From the NCBI GenBank assembly GCA_964016885.1, contig CAXHJY010000789.1:1-61414 (forward strand): DNA of 61,414 nt, given 5' to 3'. The stretch comes from Eledone cirrhosa (Eukaryota). Below the pieces are notes generated by a model. It was given only the letters and a program-made list of their open reading frames with translations, ran no database searches and was not told where the DNA came from. Position numbers and translations under genes: made by a program. Shown piece by piece: positions 57,799 to 61,414 of the stretch (position 1 is its first letter; each line of letters starts with the position of its first letter).

Positions 57799-58010
57799 GC
57801 AGCAGCATAAACAATAACACGAGCTTGACTGACAAAATGATTAACAACAATAACAACAACAATATAAACCAAGACAACAACGATAGCAACAACAACAACC
57901 ACAACACGAACAACAACAACACCATAAAATCATTTATATATGGAAGGAATGATATGGAAAATATATTAAAACAACAAAAAGTAACATACACAACAACAAC
58001 AGCGACAACA
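57421..58010. repeat. (CTA)n then (AAC)n microsatellites
   Basis: Direct reading. Confidence 0.9.
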
Positions 58011-58084
58011 ATAGGCTGGTATTTATTTTCAATATAGAAATAATAAAAAAGAAGAGGAAACAAAAGGAAAGAAAGAATAGGGAT

Positions 58085-58224
58085 CTAGCTGTCGAAACGG
58101 CAGGAGCTCATCCGTCGGGGTCCTGAATCTCTTCATATTGCCCATTCTACTAGCCCAGGTATCGATCGTGTATTGTATTCTGGTGGGTTATGGTTTACCT
58201 GGCATCTTACCACACCCTCGCTGT

Positions 58225-58226
<2 letters not shown>
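58085..58226 (+). mobile_element. Distant family A relative with hammerhead 3' half
   Basis: tagctgtcGAAACggcaggagctcatccGTCggggtcc plus a diverged tail into (TA)n. Confidence 0.65.
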
Positions 58227-58305
<79 letters not shown>

Positions 58306-58435
58306 ATATATATGCAGAAGTTATATTTAATTTGTTGGGATTCCAACAAACTTAAAAGTTTATAACTAATATAAAGCACTCGACAGTTCATTATTATATA
58401 TAAATAAATGGAAACTATATTTATAAAACCATAAT

Positions 58436-58500
58436 TATTTTATTATATATATTTCAAGGGCAACGAAGGCAGTCTTGGTGCGCTTTCATCAGATAAAATA
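58436..58500 (-). ncRNA. Type-I hammerhead ribozyme
   Basis: Minus strand tattttat-CTGATGA-aagcgcaccaag actgc cttcgttgccctt-GAAA-tatata-TA-ataaaata; same family as 53914. Confidence 0.82.
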
Positions 58501-58620
58501 CAAAATTTGTTTTATAAATATTGACATAACAGTGGAAAACAACCTTGACGGTTGAAAGTTCGATATATATATATAAAAGAAGAAATTAAAAGATGGTTAA
58601 AGAAGTTCCATATATTCATA

Positions 58621-58689
58621 TATTTTATTATGCGCATTTCGAAACAACATCATCCTGGGACAAAAATTGTGTTCTCATCAGATAAAATA
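58621..58689 (-). ncRNA. Type-I hammerhead ribozyme
   Basis: Minus strand tattttat-CTGATGA-gaacacaatttttgtcccaggatgatgttgtttc-GAAA-tgcgca-TA-ataaaata. An inverted partial copy lies on the plus strand at 58718-58771 and is repeated at ~59093-59215. Confidence 0.82.
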
Positions 58690-59215
58690 AGGTAACATGA
58701 TATGAAGCCTGTTGCCTTGTTTTATCTGATGAGAACACAATTTTTGTCTCAGGATGATGTTGTTTTCGAAATATATATATATATATACTATGTATATATA
58801 TACTATATATATATATACTATATATATATATACTATATATATATATACTATATATATATATACTATATATATATATATATACTATATATATATACTATAT
58901 ATATATATACTATATATATACTATATATATATATATACTATGTATATATATATATATACTATATGTATATATATAAATATATATATATACTATATATATA
59001 CTATATATATATATATATACTATATATATACTATCATATATACTATCATATATACTATATATATATATATATATATACTATATATATACTATCATCATCC
59101 TGGGACAAAATTGTGTTCTCATCAGATAAAATAAGGTAACATGATATGAAGCCTGTTGCCTTGTTTTATCTGATGAGAACACAATTTTTGTCTCAGGATG
59201 ATGTTGTTTTCGAAA

Positions 59216-61325
<2,110 letters not shown>

Positions 61326-61414
61326 TAGATAAATCTACCAAGAGTTTACGGCATGCCAATTCTAACACATATATATCCTAGAAACGATCGTTAAATAATG
61401 AACTTTTTTGTTTA

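Noticed and set aside
61381-61392. GAAACGATCGTT hammerhead 3' half
   Set aside because: No CUGANGA or stem II upstream and it lies at the window edge; not called as a feature.

Overview
AT-rich eukaryotic non-coding DNA, roughly 60% microsatellite or low-complexity ((TA)n, (CA)n, CAC/GTG, TAG/CTA). The SINE and microsatellite content resembles an octopus/cephalopod genome (inferred from recall, not searched). No intact protein-coding gene is supported, and most ORFs in the track are microsatellite translations. Recognisable elements: about 25 copies or fragments of one tRNA-derived SINE, often in tandem; 3' fragments of two RTE-like LINE families; a ~585-bp non-autonomous element in four copies; an internally deleted mariner with 103-bp TIRs plus a duplicated partial copy; and several minisatellites. 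The main signal is in the short non-microsatellite islands between (TA)n arrays. Many carry minimal type-I hammerhead ribozymes (about 8 complete or near-complete, plus half-ribozymes and relics), many are long fold-back palindromes, and some are both. In several cases the fold-back appears to be centred on hammerhead stem II. This fits a diverse community of (TA)n-associated Penelope-like/retrozyme-like retroelement remnants whose RT gene is not in this window.
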